The notes beneath the pieces were generated by a model. It had not been told where the DNA came from. It was given only the letters and a program-made list of their open reading frames with translations, and did no database searches. Source: Candidatus Hydrothermales bacterium (GTDB taxonomy: Bacteria; Hydrothermota; Hydrothermia; Hydrothermales; JAJRUZ01). From it: a stretch of DNA of 27,444 nucleotides. Shown piece by piece: positions 8,922-18,692 of the stretch (position 1 is its first letter; each line of letters starts with the position of its first letter). A program made the translations under genes and the position numbers. The stretch lies in contig JBCNUW010000023.1 of NCBI GenBank assembly GCA_039630575.1, positions 1 to 27,444 of the forward strand, in the 5' to 3' direction.

Positions 8922-10164
8922 TTAAAAATTTATCAAAAATATTACCGTAAACTGGAAAATTCTCTGTTAATTCTACAACTTTCTTTTTTATTTCTCTTGC
9001 TTTACTTTCGCTTTTTGAACTTAGCACTTCAAAGATAAGTTCTCCAATATATTCCATTTCCTTTTCTTTCATGCCTCTTGTTGTAACACATGGTGAACCG
9101 ATTCTTATTCCGCTCGTAACTGTAGGAGGTTTATCATCAAAAGGTATTGTGTTTTTGTTAACTACAATTCCAGCGATGTTAAGTAAATCTTCTGCTTGTT
9201 TTCCTGTTATTTCTAAGGTTTTTAAATCTATTAGAGAGAGGTGAGTATCAGTTCCTCCTGAGACTATCCTTAACCCTTTATCACTTAAAACTGAGGCTAA
9301 TTTTCTTGAGTTCTTAATAACTTGATTTATATATTCTTTAAACTCAGGTTCGCTTGCTTCTTTGAAACACACAGCTTTTGCAGCTATTACGTGTTCTAAA
9401 GGTCCACCTTGGGTACCGGGGAAAACTGCTTTATCGATCTTTTCAGCAAATTCTTTTGTTGTAAGGATGAATCCTCCTCTTGGTCCTCGCAAGGTTTTAT
9501 GAGTTGTTCCTGTAACTATATGAGCATAAGGAAAGGGATTAGGGTGAAAACCTGCTGCTACAAGTCCAGTGATGTGAGCTATATCTGCAAGGAGGTAAGC
9601 TCCTACTTCATCGGCAATTTCCCTAAAGGTTTTGAAATCTATTTGACGCGGATAGGCAGAGTACCCACAAACTATAATCTTTGGTTTTTCTTTCTTAGCA
9701 AGTTCTCTTACTTCGTCAAAGTCTATAGTTTCAGTATCCTTTCTTACCCCATACTGAATAACTTTATAGTATTTACCTGCAGCGCTAACACTATGGCCGT
9801 GAGATAAATGACCTCCATGAGGAAGTTTCATAGAAAGAATTTTGTCTTGTTCTTTTAAAAGGGCAAGATAACATGCTAAATTTGCTTGAGTTCCAGAATG
9901 AGGTTGGACATTTGCATGCTCTGCATTAAAGAGTTTTTTTAATCTTTCAATTGCTATATGCTCTATTTCATCTATAACTTCGCATCCCCCGTAATATCTT
10001 TTAAAAGGATAACCTTCAGCATACTTGTTTGAAAGGGGTGTTCCCATTATTCTTAGAACATTGTAAGAGGCGTAATTTTCAGATGCAATTAGGATAATAT
10101 TTTCCTCTTGTCTTTTTATTTCTTTTTTAACTAGTTCATATATTTCGAAATCGAAATTTTTCAT
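8914..10164 (-). CDS. glyA: Serine hydroxymethyltransferase
   Basis: [46 protein letters not shown] (PLP lysine), GGTDTH, SGIRIG. Likely start is ATG 10164 (MKNFD) rather than 10185. Confidence 0.97.
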   Translation of the reverse strand: MKNFDFEIYELVKKEIKRQEENIILIASENYASYNVLRIMGTPLSNKYAEGYPFKRYYGGCEVIDEIEHIAIERLKKLFNAEHANVQPHSGTQANLACYLALLKEQDKILSMKLPHGGHLSHGHSVSAAGKYYKVIQYGVRKDTETIDFDEVRELAKKEKPKIIVCGYSAYPRQIDFKTFREIADEVGAYLLADIAHITGLVAAGFHPNPFPYAHIVTGTTHKTLRGPRGGFILTTKEFAEKIDKAVFPGTQGGPLEHVIAAKAVCFKEASEPEFKEYINQVIKNSRKLASVLSDKGLRIVSGGTDTHLSLIDLKTLEITGKQAEDLLNIAGIVVNKNTIPFDDKPPTVTSGIRIGSPCVTTRGMKEKEMEYIGELIFEVLSSKSESKAREIKKKVVELTENFPVYGNIFDKFLSE

Positions 10165-10224
10165 ATTATAATTATAATTTAACATCCATGTGAAAATCTC
10201 ACCCTTTTTTTCTTAAAATCATTT

Positions 10225-11598
10225 ATGGTAATTTTTTTAATTTTTTCAATACCCCTTTTGGGCTCAATTACACTTTTCCTCATAAAAGAGGAAAATAGAA
10301 ATTTTATTTTCAATTTATCCCTTTTTTATTCATTTTTACCTTTTGTATATAGTTTGTTTTATTTATTGAATTTCTTGAAAGATCCATTTGTGGAACTTTA
10401 CTTTTTAAGATTTTACGTAGGTTTTTTTGATTTTATTTTTAAGTTAGATTCTTTTTCAATTTTTTTAATTTTTCTAAACAATCTTCTATTTTTTGTTTCT
10501 TTTTTATTTTCAAAGGATGATATTCATTTTAGGATTAAGGAATTTAATATTTGGCTTTTAATTTCCCAATCTTCTTTAAATTTACTTTTTTGTTCAGACT
10601 CCCTTATACCTTTTTTTATTTTTTGGGAATTTTCTATTATACCTTTTTACTTTTTGATCGGAATATGGGGTGGGGAAAGGAAAAAGGTTGCGAATTACAA
10701 GTTTGTTTTTTATACTTTACTTTCTGGAGTTTTCCTTTTAACCGGAATTTTAGGAGTAAAACTTGGAGTCTTTGGGGAAAAAAGTTCAATAGGTTTTTGG
10801 CTTTTTCTTTTGAGTTTTATGATTAAGGTACCACTTTTTCCCTTTCATACCTGGCTTCCTGATGCCCATACTGAGGCTCCAACAGCTGGAAGTGTGATAC
10901 TTGCTGGTGTTCTTTTAAAAATGGGGACTTGGGGATTTTACAAGTTTTTGATTCCCCTTTTTCCTCATGCCTTTTTGACTTTTAAGGATTTAATTATTTT
11001 TCTTTCAATTTTTTCTATTTTTTATGGAGCGTTAATGAGCTACTCTCAAGAGGATCTTAAAAGACTTATAGCTTATTCCAGTGTGTCCCATATGGGTTTT
11101 GTAATTCTCGGTCTTTCAATGCAAAACTTATCTGGAATTGAAGGTGCCTTTTTTCAGATGTTTAATCATGGTATAACAACTGGTGCTCTTTTTATACTTG
11201 TTGGTATTTTATATAAAAGAACCCATTCAAGAGAGTTATCTGATTATGGTGGAATATCAAAGGTGATTCCGAGATTTTCTTTTTATTTTGTTTTATTTTT
11301 TTTATCCACTGCAGGGCTTCCTGGAACATCAAATTTTGTTGGTGAATTTCTCGTGATTTACTCTTCTTTTATAAACAAAATCAGTTATGGTATTATACTT
11401 GCCTTTGCTCCTTTTTTCTCATTGCTTTATTCTACCAAAGCAATAAAAAGAACAATCTGGGGAGAAATAAAAAAGGAAAACCTCAAACATATTCCTGATA
11501 TAAATATAACAGAAAGGATTGTACTTTTTTTGTTATTATTTTTCGTATTTTTAATTGGTCTTTTACCCTCACCTTTTTTGTATCTTTTCTATAGATGA
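10225..11598 (+). CDS. nuoM: NADH-quinone oxidoreductase subunit M (antiporter-like)
   Basis: FFIFWE, LIGIWGG, KVPLFPFHTWLPDAHTEAPTAGSVILAGVLLKMG, KRLIAYSSVSHMG, GLPGTSNFVGEF. Confidence 0.92.
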   Translation: MVIFLIFSIPLLGSITLFLIKEENRNFIFNLSLFYSFLPFVYSLFYLLNFLKDPFVELYFLRFYVGFFDFIFKLDSFSIFLIFLNNLLFFVSFLFSKDDIHFRIKEFNIWLLISQSSLNLLFCSDSLIPFFIFWEFSIIPFYFLIGIWGGERKKVANYKFVFYTLLSGVFLLTGILGVKLGVFGEKSSIGFWLFLLSFMIKVPLFPFHTWLPDAHTEAPTAGSVILAGVLLKMGTWGFYKFLIPLFPHAFLTFKDLIIFLSIFSIFYGALMSYSQEDLKRLIAYSSVSHMGFVILGLSMQNLSGIEGAFFQMFNHGITTGALFILVGILYKRTHSRELSDYGGISKVIPRFSFYFVLFFLSTAGLPGTSNFVGEFLVIYSSFINKISYGIILAFAPFFSLLYSTKAIKRTIWGEIKKENLKHIPDINITERIVLFLLLFFVFLIGLLPSPFLYLFYR

Positions 11599-12902
11599 TA
11601 GGGGATATTATTTATAACTACTTGCAGGAGATTCTTTTAACGCTATTTTTAATTTTAAATATCTTTTATATGGTATCATGGAAGAAAAGTTTTTATAGCC
11701 TTTTTGTTATATTTTCCTATTTATCTTTAATATTTGTGGATTATCTTTTAAAAGCTGATGGATTTCTAATTTTACTTGATGTTGGGACCTTTTTGATACT
11801 TTATATTTTTTATATAAATCAAGATAAGAGCGATTTTTCAGTAAGTAACTTTTTTATTTTTGCTCATCTTTTATCCTTACATCTTATTTTAAAGACTGAC
11901 AGTTTAATTATATTTTTTGTTTCCCTTGAGATTTTATCTTTTGTTTTTTATATTTTAATTGGTCTTGAATCAAAGAAAACTAAAGATTTATCTCCTGTTA
12001 TTAGGTATTTTGTAATAGGTTCCCTTTCTTCTTTGATTATGCTCTTTTCCCTTGTTCTACTTTATTCAGAAACTCAAAGTTTGAGTTTTACATCATTTAA
12101 TCTTTTTGATAGGAATAATATAACTTTTAGACTTTCCATCATTCTATTTATTTTTTCACTTGGTTTTAAAATACTTTTTATACCCTTTCAATTTTTTATG
12201 CCTGATATTTTTGAAAAAGTTGGAATACCTTATTTAACTTTAATTTCTCTAACACCTAAAGCTGGTATATTTATTTTTCTTTATAAGATAAAATATTATT
12301 TACCGGAGATAATTTTTCCTATACCCTTTTTTGCCATCATAACAATTCTTGTTTCAAATCTTGCTGGTATTTATGATAATAAGGTGAAAAGGGTTTTAGC
12401 TTATTCATCGATTTCTCATTCTGGTTTCCTTTTATTTTCTATTTTACTTCCTGAACCTTATTCTCGAAAGGTTCTTTTTTACTATCTTTTGAATTATTTT
12501 ATCATGAAGGGTGGTATTTTTCTCTCTTTAAATTTTCTTTTTAAAGATCAAGTGGATTTAGAATTTGAAAAAATAAAAGGATTATATTTCACAGATAAAG
12601 TTATAGCAATTTCTAGTTTGTTTTATGTTTTGTCCCTTTTTTCTTTTCCTCCAACTGGAGGATTTTTTGCAAAATTTTATTTATTTTATGAACTTTACCG
12701 AGCTGGTTTTACTTTAGAAGTTTTTATTTTATTACTTTTGACAGTTATTTCTTTTGGTTACTATGTTAAGTTTTTAAATAACTTTTTCCTTGAACCAGCA
12801 ATAATAAGAAAGAGAGAATATTCAAAATTTTATGAATACTATACCCTTTTACTATCAATCATTTCTCTTTTTGGATTTGTTTTTATAAAATTTTTTATAT
12901 GA
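11595..12902 (+). CDS. nuoN: NADH-quinone oxidoreductase subunit N (antiporter-like, divergent)
   Basis: FVSLE, RYFVIGS, GFKI..PFQFFMPDIFE, PKAG, KRVLAYSSISHSG, PPTGGFFAKF; ATGA overlap with nuoM. Confidence 0.85.
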   Translation: MIGDIIYNYLQEILLTLFLILNIFYMVSWKKSFYSLFVIFSYLSLIFVDYLLKADGFLILLDVGTFLILYIFYINQDKSDFSVSNFFIFAHLLSLHLILKTDSLIIFFVSLEILSFVFYILIGLESKKTKDLSPVIRYFVIGSLSSLIMLFSLVLLYSETQSLSFTSFNLFDRNNITFRLSIILFIFSLGFKILFIPFQFFMPDIFEKVGIPYLTLISLTPKAGIFIFLYKIKYYLPEIIFPIPFFAIITILVSNLAGIYDNKVKRVLAYSSISHSGFLLFSILLPEPYSRKVLFYYLLNYFIMKGGIFLSLNFLFKDQVDLEFEKIKGLYFTDKVIAISSLFYVLSLFSFPPTGGFFAKFYLFYELYRAGFTLEVFILLLLTVISFGYYVKFLNNFFLEPAIIRKREYSKFYEYYTLLLSIISLFGFVFIKFFI

Positions 12903-13375
12903 TAGTTGACCTTAAAACTTTAAAAAAAATTTTAAAAAATATAAGAAGGGAGAATAAAAAAATAGTTTTTACAAACGGATGTTTTGATTTGATTCATATT
13001 GGTCACATTGAGATATTAAGGAAAGCAAAGAAAAAAGGAGATATTCTTATTGTTGGTCTAAATTCTGATTCATCTGTTAGAAAAATTAAGGGAAATAAAA
13101 GGCCTATATTAAATGAAAGAGATAGAGCAAAAATTCTTGATTCAATAAAGTATGTAGATTATGTGGTACTTTTTAATGAGAAGACACCTTACAAGCTTAT
13201 AAAAGAGATAAAACCAGATGTTCTTGTAAAGGGAGCAGATTATAAAATTGATGAAGTTGTTGGGAGTGATATAGTTTTAAAAAAAAAGGGAGAAGTTTTT
13301 CTTGTACCGCTTGTAAAAGGTAAAAGTACAACTAAGTTAATAGAGAAAATATTAGCATTGTATGGTAGAGATTGA
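12899..13375 (+). CDS. rfaE2: D-glycero-beta-D-manno-heptose 1-phosphate adenylyltransferase (stand-alone HldE domain II)
   Basis: VFTNGCFDLIHIGH, VGLNSDSSVRKIKG..RP, PDVLVKGADY, STT. Confidence 0.93.
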   Translation: MIVDLKTLKKILKNIRRENKKIVFTNGCFDLIHIGHIEILRKAKKKGDILIVGLNSDSSVRKIKGNKRPILNERDRAKILDSIKYVDYVVLFNEKTPYKLIKEIKPDVLVKGADYKIDEVVGSDIVLKKKGEVFLVPLVKGKSTTKLIEKILALYGRD

Positions 13376-15407
13376 TTTTGGCAAATTTTTAAATGAAGAG
13401 CAGCTTAGAGCCTGTTTTCATCATGAAGGACCAGCTTTTGTTCTTTCAGGAGCTGGTACAGGAAAGACTAGAGTTTTGACTTTTAGAATTGTTTATTTAA
13501 TTCAAAATGGCGTATCACCTGATAGAATTCTTGCATTAACTTTTACAAATAAAGCTGCTGATGAGATGAAGGAAAGGATAAAAGATCTAATTAAAGATTA
13601 TTCTAAGAAAATTTGGATGGGGACCTTTCATTCTATTGCAGCAAGAATTTTAAGAGAAAATGGAAAAATAATTGATATACCTGAAAACTTTGTAATATAC
13701 GACAGAGAGGATAGTAAGAGAGTTTTGAGAGAAATTATAGATAAAGATGAAAGTTTATCTGTGTGGGTGGAGAAGATATCTAAGATAAGAAATAAGATTA
13801 TACATCCAGATGAAAAAGAAAGGGAGGTTGTAAATAAGTATATAGAGATTCTTAGGAAAAATAAGGCTCTTGATTTTGATGACCTTTTACTTCTTCTGCT
13901 TAAGCTTTTAAAAAATTCAACTCAGGTAAGAGAGTTTTATCAGGAGAAATTTTTGCATATTCTTGTTGATGAGTATCAAGATACTTCTCTTATTCAGTAT
14001 AGGATTTTAAGGATACTTTCAAGGAAGCATAGAAATTTATATGTTGTGGGAGATGAGGATCAATCCATTTATGGTTTTAGGGGTGCGAGGGTTGATAATG
14101 TTTTTGACATAATTAGAGACTATCCTGAAATAAAGATTTATCGTTTGGAGAGGAATTACCGTTCTCATGAAATTATTTTGAAGGCTGCAAATTCGGTTAT
14201 AAGTAAAAATACAAAAAGGCTTGGTAAAAATTTATGGACAGATTTAGACAAAGGAAAAAAAATTAAAATTATAGAGGCTGAGAATGAAAGGGATGAGGCT
14301 TTAAAAGTTTACGAAATAATAAAAAATTATAATCCTGAAGATGTGCTTTTGCTTTATAGAACAAATGCCCAATCAAGACCTATCGAAGAAATTTTTAATT
14401 TAAAGGGTGTACCTTACCAGGTTATAGGATCTCTTAAATTTTTTGAAAGAAGAGAAATAAAGGATTTTGTTGCTTATTTAAAATTCATAGTTAATCCCTA
14501 TGATTTTGTTAGTCTTGAAAGGTTAATTGAATCACCAAGAAGAGGTATTGGAGAGAGTACCCTTAACAAATTGAAGGAAATAAAAGATAGCAAAGGAATA
14601 TCTTTTCTCGAGGCAATGAAAGACAAAGATTTTTTTAAAAATTTGAATCAAAATTTAAAATTTAAGATAACAAAATTGGTAGAACTTTTTGAAAATATTA
14701 TTTTAAACCTTGAAAAGTTAAATGTCCTTGAAATAGCCGAAAGAATTTATGAAGAAGTTGAGTATGTGAAACATTTAAGAAAAATATCTTCAGATTCATA
14801 TAATTTTGAAATTAGGTATCAGAACATGATGGAGCTTTTTGCCTCTATGAGAGAGTTTATTTTGAGAGAGGAAGATTGCTCTCTTATGAGTTATTTGCAG
14901 AATGTTCTTTTAAGAGTTGATGAGGAAGATTTTAAAAGAAGTAGTTACATAATGATGACTGTTCACAATGCAAAGGGTTTAGAGAAGAATGTTGTTGTAA
15001 TTGTTGGGTTAGAGGAGGGTTTATTTCCTCATTTTTTGTCTCTTGAGAATATAACTGATATAGAGGAAGAAAGGAGACTTTTTTATGTGGGGTTGACAAG
15101 AGCTAAAAAGGAGATTTATTTGCTTTATTCAAAGGAGAGGTGGAGAAAAGGTTCAAAGAAGACAATACCCTCGAGATTTTTATATGAGATTTCTGAGGAT
15201 TGTGTGGAGTGGCTGGGTAAGGAAGTAAAAATGAAAAGTGATGATTTTTTAAGAAGAGGAGATAGGGTGACTCATCCTTTTTGGGGAGAAGGTATTGTGC
15301 TTGAAGTTGCAGATGGTAAGGCAAGAATCAGTTTTTTTAAGAGAGGGGAAGTTACGCTTGTTTTAAGGAAGGTGACAGGACTTAGAAAGCAATATCTTGA
15401 TGAATAA
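13362..15407 (+). CDS. pcrA: UvrD/PcrA SF1 DNA helicase
   Basis: GAGTGKT, TFTNKAA, TFHS, DEYQD, VGDEDQSIYGFRGA, NYRS, YRTNAQS, TVHNAKGLE, EERRLFYVGLTRA; C-terminal Tudor-like GDRVTHPFWGEG. Confidence 0.95.
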   Translation: MVEIDFGKFLNEEQLRACFHHEGPAFVLSGAGTGKTRVLTFRIVYLIQNGVSPDRILALTFTNKAADEMKERIKDLIKDYSKKIWMGTFHSIAARILRENGKIIDIPENFVIYDREDSKRVLREIIDKDESLSVWVEKISKIRNKIIHPDEKEREVVNKYIEILRKNKALDFDDLLLLLLKLLKNSTQVREFYQEKFLHILVDEYQDTSLIQYRILRILSRKHRNLYVVGDEDQSIYGFRGARVDNVFDIIRDYPEIKIYRLERNYRSHEIILKAANSVISKNTKRLGKNLWTDLDKGKKIKIIEAENERDEALKVYEIIKNYNPEDVLLLYRTNAQSRPIEEIFNLKGVPYQVIGSLKFFERREIKDFVAYLKFIVNPYDFVSLERLIESPRRGIGESTLNKLKEIKDSKGISFLEAMKDKDFFKNLNQNLKFKITKLVELFENIILNLEKLNVLEIAERIYEEVEYVKHLRKISSDSYNFEIRYQNMMELFASMREFILREEDCSLMSYLQNVLLRVDEEDFKRSSYIMMTVHNAKGLEKNVVVIVGLEEGLFPHFLSLENITDIEEERRLFYVGLTRAKKEIYLLYSKERWRKGSKKTIPSRFLYEISEDCVEWLGKEVKMKSDDFLRRGDRVTHPFWGEGIVLEVADGKARISFFKRGEVTLVLRKVTGLRKQYLDE

Positions 15408-16497
15408 AAAACTTATTACTTTAGTTATTTTAGAAAATTTATTTTTTATTATGTTTTTTACATTATCAGTAATAATTTTATATGTTGTTATTGATTTTTT
15501 TGAGAATATAGATAAATTTTTGAAGGGTTTTTCATTAGTAAAGATTTTTCTTTATTATTTTTTTCAAGTGCCTTATCTTTTTGTTTTACTTTTGCCTGTA
15601 GGTTCACTTCTTGCGCCCTTTTTTACGATTGGTAGAATGGCAAGAGAATTTGAGTTAATAGCAATTAAGACAAGTGGTATAAACTTAAGGAAATTTTTTA
15701 TTCCACTTGTTATAACTGGAATATTTTTATCTTTACTTTCTTTTACAGTGAATGAAACTTTGGAGCCTTTTTTTATGAGAAAGGCTTTAAGTATAAAATA
15801 TAGAGAGATCGAAAAAAGACCTGCTCCATGGGAAAGGATTTTTGAGACTAATTTCAATTTTATAGAGAAGATAGATGGTGTTGATAGATTTTTTCATTTT
15901 GGCACAATTGATTCAAGGAGAAGGGAGGGGCATGAAATATACATTCTTGAAACTTTTAAGGGGAAAACGAAGCGGTTTATATATTCCAAAAGTGGAAAGT
16001 TTACCGAGAATGGTTGGGAGTTAATTGATGGTGTGATATATGAGTATAGTGTATTTAGTGAAGATGTTATAAATTTTGAAAATTTTAATAAAAGGCTTTT
16101 TGAGGAGATGAGGGTTTCGCCTATTGAAATGCTTTCTTTGAGAAAGTCTGTTGAAGAGATGAATATTTTTGAGATAAAAAAGTTGATAAATATTTTAAAA
16201 AATGCTGGTCTTGATAGTAAGAAGGAGGAGGTCGAGTTTTTTGTTCATTTTTCTTTTCCCTTTTCTGTTTTTATTACTCTTTTATTTTCTGTTTCTCTTT
16301 CTACAAGAATAAGGCAAAAGGGAAAGGCTTTTGTTTTAACTCTTGCAACAGTTCTTTCTTTTATATATTGGGGACTTTTAGAGATATCAAGGGCTATGGG
16401 CTATGCTTATATTTTATCTCCTTTTCTTTCAGCCTGGTTGCCTAACTTTATATTTTTAATTCCTGCCATAATATTTTTTTTAAAAATAGAAGTTTGA
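15400..16497 (+). CDS. lptG: LptF/LptG family LPS export permease (LptG-like)
   Basis: Three TMs, ELIAIKTSGI, beta-rich periplasmic domain, three more TMs ending LSPFLSAWLPN. Start is TTG 15397 or ATG 15400. Confidence 0.8.
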   Translation: MNKKLITLVILENLFFIMFFTLSVIILYVVIDFFENIDKFLKGFSLVKIFLYYFFQVPYLFVLLLPVGSLLAPFFTIGRMAREFELIAIKTSGINLRKFFIPLVITGIFLSLLSFTVNETLEPFFMRKALSIKYREIEKRPAPWERIFETNFNFIEKIDGVDRFFHFGTIDSRRREGHEIYILETFKGKTKRFIYSKSGKFTENGWELIDGVIYEYSVFSEDVINFENFNKRLFEEMRVSPIEMLSLRKSVEEMNIFEIKKLINILKNAGLDSKKEEVEFFVHFSFPFSVFITLLFSVSLSTRIRQKGKAFVLTLATVLSFIYWGLLEISRAMGYAYILSPFLSAWLPNFIFLIPAIIFFLKIEV

Positions 16498-16510
16498 ATC
16501 TAAAAACCTT

Positions 16511-16957
16511 ATGATCGAAGATTTAGTTTTTTTATCAGATGGTTATAGAAAGAAGCTTTTTCCGTTAAGTTTATTTATACCAGAGCCACTTGTCAGGATC
16601 AACAATAAGGATATGGTTTATATATTCATGGAAGATGAATTTATTGTACAGGTTAAAAAGGGTAAACTTGGTACACTTTTGATTATATCTAAGAAGTCTA
16701 AAAGTGAAGTTATCCTTGATGGAGATATTTTAAAAGAAATAAGGACAACCAAAAAAAGAAAGATTTCTTTAACTTATAGTAGTATTTCTGTTTTCAAGAT
16801 AGGGATTTTTGAGTGTATACCTAAGGATAAGGTAGAGCTTTTAGACATATTTTGGGAATTGATTAAAAATGAGGAACTTGTAGGGTATGTAGTAAAAGAT
16901 AAAAGGGTAATTGATTTAGGGAGTTTCTCATCGATTATAAAATTTTATATAAATTGA
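16511..16957 (+). pseudogene. Degenerate, internally deleted sugar-phosphate nucleotidyltransferase (MurU-like)
   Basis: LSDGYRKKLFPLSLFIPEPLVRINNK is an eroded LAAGxGxRLxPLT..PKPL motif; LTYSSISVF and IDLGS resemble the C-terminal motifs; only 148 aa. Confidence 0.65.
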
Positions 16958-17562
16958 AGAAAATAAAAATTTTAACTGGTGGTTCTGATAGAATTTTTAT
17001 AAATGATATTCATTTTATGAATTACATTAAAATAGTTAAATTTTTATACAAAAAGGGTATTAAAGTTTTTAAGATATACTTTTATGATTTAAAAAGTAAG
17101 GTGGCACTATTTGAGGATATTGGAGATACTTCACTTTTTAGAGTTTTCAAAATTGTAAATGGACTGTCTTAAGTTGAAGGTGGAAAAATTAAAAGATTTA
17201 GATAAGTTTTTTGATAATCTTGCAAGTCTTTGTGACAATGTATCTAAACTTAACCACAAAGATTTTCAGATTGATCATATAGAATCTTTTACCTATGATT
17301 TATCTTTTTTTCTTGGGGACCCCTATGTAAATATAGAGAAGTTTAATATGTTAAGTTTTAAGGAGTTTTGTTATTATTATCTTTTTATTTCTCTGCAGTG
17401 GTTAATGCCAAATTTTTAGGTGCCTATTCTTTTTTATCTATCAGAAAGAATAATAGATTGTTTAAAAAATTTATAAAACCTGTCATAAAAAAGTTAAATA
17501 GGTTTTTTGATGATAGTGATTTAGGTTTGAAAATTTCAGAATGTTTTAGGAATTTTATATAA
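16954..17562 (+). pseudogene. Fragmented AmgK-like (APH-family) MurNAc/GlcNAc anomeric kinase
   Basis: Three overlapping short ORFs carry successive motifs: GGSDR..LFEDIGD (16954-17172), HKDFQ..YDLSFFLGDPYV (17159-17419), LGAYSFLS..FKKFI (17368-17562). Confidence 0.72.
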
Positions 17563-18642
17563 ATGGAAAATTATAAAAAGAGGTATTTATTTATTGACAT
17601 TTTAAGGGGTATTGCAGTTTTAGAGATGATACATGGTCATACACTTGATGCTCTTCTTTCGCTTACTCAAAAACAGTTACCTTTTTATATTTTTTGGACA
17701 CATGTGAGAGGATATACAGCTCCTTTATTTCTTTTTTCATCAGGAATAAGTTTTTATTTATCAACAGTTGGAAAGAGGGATTATTTATACCTATCAAGTA
17801 AACTTTTTAAAAGATTAGGGAGGTTAATTTTTATTATAATTTTAGGTTATACTTTACATTTGCCTTATTTTTCTTTGAGGAAAATTATCTATGATTCTAC
17901 CTTTGATGACATAAATAGATTTTTAAATGTTGATATTTTGCAATGTATTGGTTTTAGTCTTTTAATTCTTCAGATCTTTTATTTTTTACTTAGAAAGGAT
18001 AGTTTATTTTTGTTTGGAAATTATATTTTAATTATTATATTTACGATTTTAGCTTTTTATTCGTTGAAAGGGTATAATCCCGGGTTACCTTTATTTTTTT
18101 CAAAATTTTTAAAAGATTCTAATTTCCCTTTGGTGCCCTTTTCCATTTATCTTTTTTCAGGAGTTTATTTAGGTTTTTTAATAAAAAAAATAGGAGGTAA
18201 AAATTTTTCTTTTTTAGTTTTTGTTATTTTGAGTTTTTTAAAATTTGTTTTGATAAATTTTTTTTTATCAGATTTAAGTGATATTTATTTAAAGATATTA
18301 ATTCTTGGGATATTATCTTTTTTTTTGTTTCAGTTAGAGGAAAGAAGTTCTTTTATTTTAAAGGTTGTTGAATTATTGGGTAGAGAGTCTTTATTTGTTT
18401 ATTATACTCATTTACTTTTGATTTATGGTTCAGTTTTTAACAGAGTTTCGCTTAAGTTTTTGTTTAGTGGAAAGTTGAATTTTTTTGAGATATATTTAAT
18501 AGTTTTTATTCTTTTTTTAATTTTTCTCTCTTTTTCGTATATTTGGAATTTTTTAAAAAGGGAGTATCCCTTTTTGTCTAGTTTAATTAAATATTTTGTT
18601 TACTTGTATTTTATTATTAATTTTTTAACAAGACCTTACTGA
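17563..18642 (+). CDS. DUF1624/HGSNAT-catalytic-domain membrane acyltransferase
   Basis: RYLFIDILRGIAVLEMIHGH, APLFLFSSG, VDILQCIG, FPLVP, LGRESLFVYYTH; polytopic. Confidence 0.8.
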   Translation: MENYKKRYLFIDILRGIAVLEMIHGHTLDALLSLTQKQLPFYIFWTHVRGYTAPLFLFSSGISFYLSTVGKRDYLYLSSKLFKRLGRLIFIIILGYTLHLPYFSLRKIIYDSTFDDINRFLNVDILQCIGFSLLILQIFYFLLRKDSLFLFGNYILIIIFTILAFYSLKGYNPGLPLFFSKFLKDSNFPLVPFSIYLFSGVYLGFLIKKIGGKNFSFLVFVILSFLKFVLINFFLSDLSDIYLKILILGILSFFLFQLEERSSFILKVVELLGRESLFVYYTHLLLIYGSVFNRVSLKFLFSGKLNFFEIYLIVFILFLIFLSFSYIWNFLKREYPFLSSLIKYFVYLYFIINFLTRPY

Positions 18643-18655
18643 AGTTTTTGTTAGT

Positions 18656-18685
18656 TTGAAAATTTATATATGTGTTTTATATAAT
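18656..18685 (+). promoter_or_regulatory. sigma70-type promoter for the GT2 gene
   Basis: TTGAAA (18656-18661), 18 nt, TATAAT (18680-18685), then 7 nt to ATG 18693. Confidence 0.6.
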
Positions 18686-18692
18686 AGGTAAA

